DNA of 55,657 nucleotides from assembly GCF_001194135.2 (NCBI RefSeq), contig NC_068981.1, positions 66,245,951-66,301,607 on the forward strand, read 5' to 3'. Source of the stretch: Octopus bimaculoides (Eukaryota). Below the pieces are notes generated by a model. The model was given only the letters and a program-made list of their open reading frames with translations, made no database searches and had not been told where the DNA came from. This document shows, in pieces, positions 51,261-55,657 of the stretch. The number at the start of each line of letters is the position of its first letter. Positions within the stretch are counted from its first letter, which is position 1. The position numbers and the translations under genes were made by a program.

Positions 51261-54025
51261 TATTTAAACATAGCATTAAGAGGGACTGTTGTGTTGAATT
51301 CCATTTAAGTGTAAGTGTTCTGTAAAAGATGACAGGGACGTTGCAGCGTTCAAGCATTTATGAAAGCTGTTTCGAAGCTCCGGCTAGGCTTTGAATAATC
51401 GCTCTGAGTTTTTCCCAGTTCAGGGCCACGAGCTACCGGATCGCCATAAAAAGCACTAACGTCTCTATGAATATGGCTCGATCAATCAGTACTGGCTGAT
51501 TTGTCATGGTTAATGCGGCGAACTTCAAAGTAAGTGTGTGAATATTTCTTCCAAATAACTTGATCGAAGTTTCTGGAAAATTGGCATATGGTTATAAAAA
51601 TCTGCCGAAGCCAACCTCGAAACTGGAACCATTCAGCATTTTACAGGAAACTATATCGCTATACCCATTGAGTTGGTTTCCCGCCGTCTTATACTTTTTC
51701 TTGTTTAACATGTTTATATCGTGTTTGACAAAAGATACCTACCTTGATTTGTTGAGTCGAACCGCGCACACATTGCTTATATGAAATATGCAGCAGTTTT
51801 ATCTCTTTCTACTCATTTGCTCTTTAGTAATTACGAACTGTTTTCATATTATCTAGTGCGTTGTAACTACCTTCATAATATTATCTAGCGTGTTATATTA
51901 CAGAAGATTCCTAACTATTATGTTTGCTGTTACATGATCGCTGTTTCATTAAAATATTCACATATATATACAAAAATGTAAACGATGCTGTTTAATGAAA
52001 TATATGAAAACTGAAAGAAAAACAGTATCTGTGTGGTCATTCTTGTCGTCACATGCAGCCAACTCGGAATTGTGAACTACCAACGAAAAATGTATGACTT
52101 AAAAAAAAAACACATTAAAACGGCATTTTGAATTTACTTTTTGGCTGAATGAGAAATTATTCTCAGCCCTTCTGTCTTGTTTTGATAGATTATGATATTG
52201 GTTAGTTGGAATACTATGTTATTTCAAGTTAAACGTATCATACGTGACTGAATGTAAATAAATAATAAGTTGTTAGTTAACAACTCATTAAATCGTATTT
52301 TCTGAGCAGAGTGTTATCCCAAACACAAATAGTCATGTTACTTAAAATTATCGTGCTATGTTTTATCAAATATTATTCTTTAAAAAATTTGTTTTGTCTT
52401 ATCTCTGCGAATGAAATACGTTTATTATAATTTCATATTTATGTATTCTAACTTGTTCTATATTTATACAAACATACACGCGCGCGCATATATCCTCCTC
52501 CTCCTCCTTATCATCATCATCATCATCATCATTATCATCATGACAACCACCATCGTCATTAACATCGTAGTCATAATTTTACGCCCGTTTTCTTATATTG
52601 GTTACTGATTTGGTCAAGAATAATCTACCAAACTTTGTTGCGTTTATTGTCTTTTTTTTATATGCTTGATTTTAACGGCATATTGCCCTTCCTATCACTA
52701 GCCATTTTCAACTTACAATTAGTGCATTTTATGAAACCACAGTCATTAAAGAGGCTGTCTGACACGGGATTAAAATGTCTCCTCATCTCCTCTGAACTAT
52801 TTCATTTAGTTCTAAGAGAAGCTCTTGTTGGAGAGACGAAAGGCAAATAAACGTGATTCATACACACACATACACTCGCATAAATATATAGTGGTGTCGG
52901 ACCTCTATTATAGTTCGACGAAGGGGATTCAGTTGTTCAGTCAACTAAATTAACTGCCTCTGAATTGATGTATGGATGATTGAGCATTCTGCTGCTATGG
53001 GTACCATTAACGTAATTGTCATGCAGAATCAGTATTGCAAAAAGTATGTGAGGAGACTACACCTCTTGAATTAGTGGTACAATCCATCCGACGGGCAGAA
53101 TCATTATAAATAAGACAAACACTGTTTCCATTTACTTCAACGTAGAAATAAGTATCTGGTTGAATTTTTCTTGCTTTCTTTCTTTCTTTCTTTTCTCGAA
53201 TAAGGAAATGTTGCCGGCAAATCTTTTACTCCGATTTGTTCTAGGCATTACTAAAGGGAATACTTTTATGCGCTTTATAATATTGATTTGAAATCTTTAA
53301 TAAAAACAGGAAAGCGAACTGCGATGTTAAATGTTAATTGGTTGTAATAAAGTTGTGGCTATTACGACATTAATTCGTATGTACTCCGACTAATGATTAA
53401 TGCTGCAAGACAGGCTTTATGGTTAACATAAAGTTGTTTATGATTTATGGGGTGCTGAAAGCAACATATATTAAATTAATACAATTCCAGTCTGTTTCAA
53501 TTCGGAGGAGGAACTGTGTCAGCATTAAGATTACAGAAATGAAAATAATATTAATAAGAGTGTAGTTAAGAAGAAAGCAGAACAACGATCAACGTTTCAG
53601 ATTACAGTGGGAATTAATTTGTGTTGCTTTCGTTCCTGTTTTATTTTGGATATAATATTTATAGTCTGATGTAGTTACTGACACCAGATTACTTTACTCT
53701 TAATATTACTGCAACTTTTTCATTGTTATCTAATATGTAAAACTTCAAACTCTCTCTCGTGATTTACACAAACAAATATAGACACAAGAAAATACATACG
53801 TTCATGCGTAAGTTCATACATACATACATACATGCAAGCACACATACACGCACACATATATGTATATAACCTGCACGCATAGATTTCGATTGCAATATTT
53901 ACCACTAATATCTGTGCTATTTCTCCGTTGTTATCTATCACACTTATTTGGAGATTTACGCAGATGTACTTATAAACAAAAAATGCATAGACATACATTT
54001 ACACACACATACTCACTCTCTCTCC

Positions 54026-54057
<32 letters not shown>

Positions 54058-54727
54058 TACAAACCTGCACACACATCAGAGCTCTCGCCTATTATCTTCC
54101 TCTTCCATGAGTGGAGCGTCTTTTCTGAGAAATGCTATTCAGCAATTATTACTTTCGCCGGCCATTATCCAAAACTCTTCTGTTTCTCGACAAGAAACTA
54201 TAGACTAAAATAAATTTAGTTACTCAGTTTCTTGATGATAGATCATAGACAGAAACACTGAAGTGCAGCCTACTTCTCTCTTACAGGGCAAATTAGTAAC
54301 TTTGTGTTTATACTAAGCTGTTGTTTTGCCCCTGAGATCTAAGGCCTTTTAAGCTTTATACATATAGGTTTTAGAGAACTTTTGTAGCGCTCGGATTCTT
54401 TTTTGCACGCAAACGAATTTCCATCTGCAATTAAGTTCTTCAGTACTTAGTCACGCGCGCGCGCACACACATACACACACACACCACTATGGCAGTTTGA
54501 CACCACACACACACAGTTGCATGCATACTAACATGGCAGACTAACAAACTACGTGAATTTGTGGATTTTCACTTAAGAAACCTGTAAGTAACATTGTTGT
54601 TGGTTTCGGGTGACCAAATTACTCTACAGTATTGAGTACTGTTGCATCAGTTCGTTACTACTATCACTCTGCGTATACAAAGTCATTCAGAAGTATCTCA
54701 CAATTTTACTTTTGTATATTTTTGATA

Positions 54728-55308
54728 CAGTAATGCTTCGATATACGAGTTCATTTGTTCCCGGGGATCGCCTGTAAAGCGAAAACTCATAAAGCAGAGC
54801 AATAATTTCCATAGTTATAAATTTCCAACGTTATAAATTTCCAATGTTATAAATTGTAATTCGTTCTCAGAAAAATTGTTTACCTATAAAATTTATAATA
54901 CTCGTAAATAAATGGCAATAAAACAACAGTTGTATTTAAAGAATGTTTTATGTAAAGAAAAAAGAATGTCAAGATCATTTATAATAACAAATATTATTAT
55001 TATTATCGCTTTCTGAATCACTTTCCCTCGCACACACCATCTCTTGTAGATGCGATCGTCGATTCATAAGCACTCGTAGACGGACTGGCAGATTTCTTTT
55101 TAAAAAATAAGTCTATAGTAGTTTGCTTAAAAGCTTTTTTCGGTCTCTATAAATTTCTCGGTAACACGCAAAAGCATTTGTTCTGATAGTAGAAACTTTT
55201 GCACTTCGTTCAAAATTTGGCTGTTTAACCTTTTTATATACGTTATAAAACAAAACTCGTAACCCCGGGGTCTTGTAAAGCGGGTCCTCGTAAAGTGAGG
55301 TGTTACAG
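54728..55308. mobile_element. Tigger/pogo-like MITE with TA target duplication
   Basis: TA|CAGTAATGCTTCGATATACGAG .. CTCGTAAAGTGAGGTGTTACAG|TA (17 of 24 positions match including the TA). Internal CTCGTAAA-like motifs are repeated near the ends. Confidence 0.75.
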
Positions 55309-55337
55309 TACTATGTTTGCTCTTTTCATAACTCTTG

Positions 55338-55388
<51 letters not shown>

Positions 55389-55619
55389 CTCGAAAGAGGA
55401 CAGCTATGTCAAACTTCCTACTTCACTACAAGCCAATCGCATAAGAATGGCCACTAAAAAGGCGATTACACTGGCGGTGCTCCAGCATGATTATAGCCTT
55501 TGGGCTAAAACATAAAGGAATGAATATATATATATAAATATAATATACATATATATATATATGTATGTATATATATATATATGTATATATGTATGTATAT
55601 GTGTATATATATGTAAGTG

Positions 55620-55657
<38 letters not shown>

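Overview
AT-rich, repeat-dominated eukaryotic non-coding DNA with nine N gaps. The repeat families look like those of an octopod cephalopod (Octopus); this is recognition by eye, not a database result. No intact protein-coding gene is visible, and most ORFs in the track are microsatellite or N-gap artefacts. Decayed retroelements include an RTE endonuclease fragment, a Penelope-like RT + GIY-YIG element with inverted ends, four R4/Dong fragments, a Hero/L2 chimera and a near full-length Tx1 LINE. DNA-transposon remnants include mariner, a Tigger-like MITE, foldbacks and a Helitron-like end, and there are about 30 tRNA-derived SINE copies. Most interesting: (1) two minimal type-I hammerhead ribozyme motifs with a palindromic stem III inside a 540-bp-period inverted/direct repeat at 39.1-40.0 kb; (2) two loci where two SINEs appear to have inserted sequentially into the same target, leaving three copies of the target site; (3) a ~100-bp locally templated insertion in the Penelope ORF; (4) a candidate minus-strand host exon pair resembling a signal peptide plus a FREM/ECM3 N-terminal domain.
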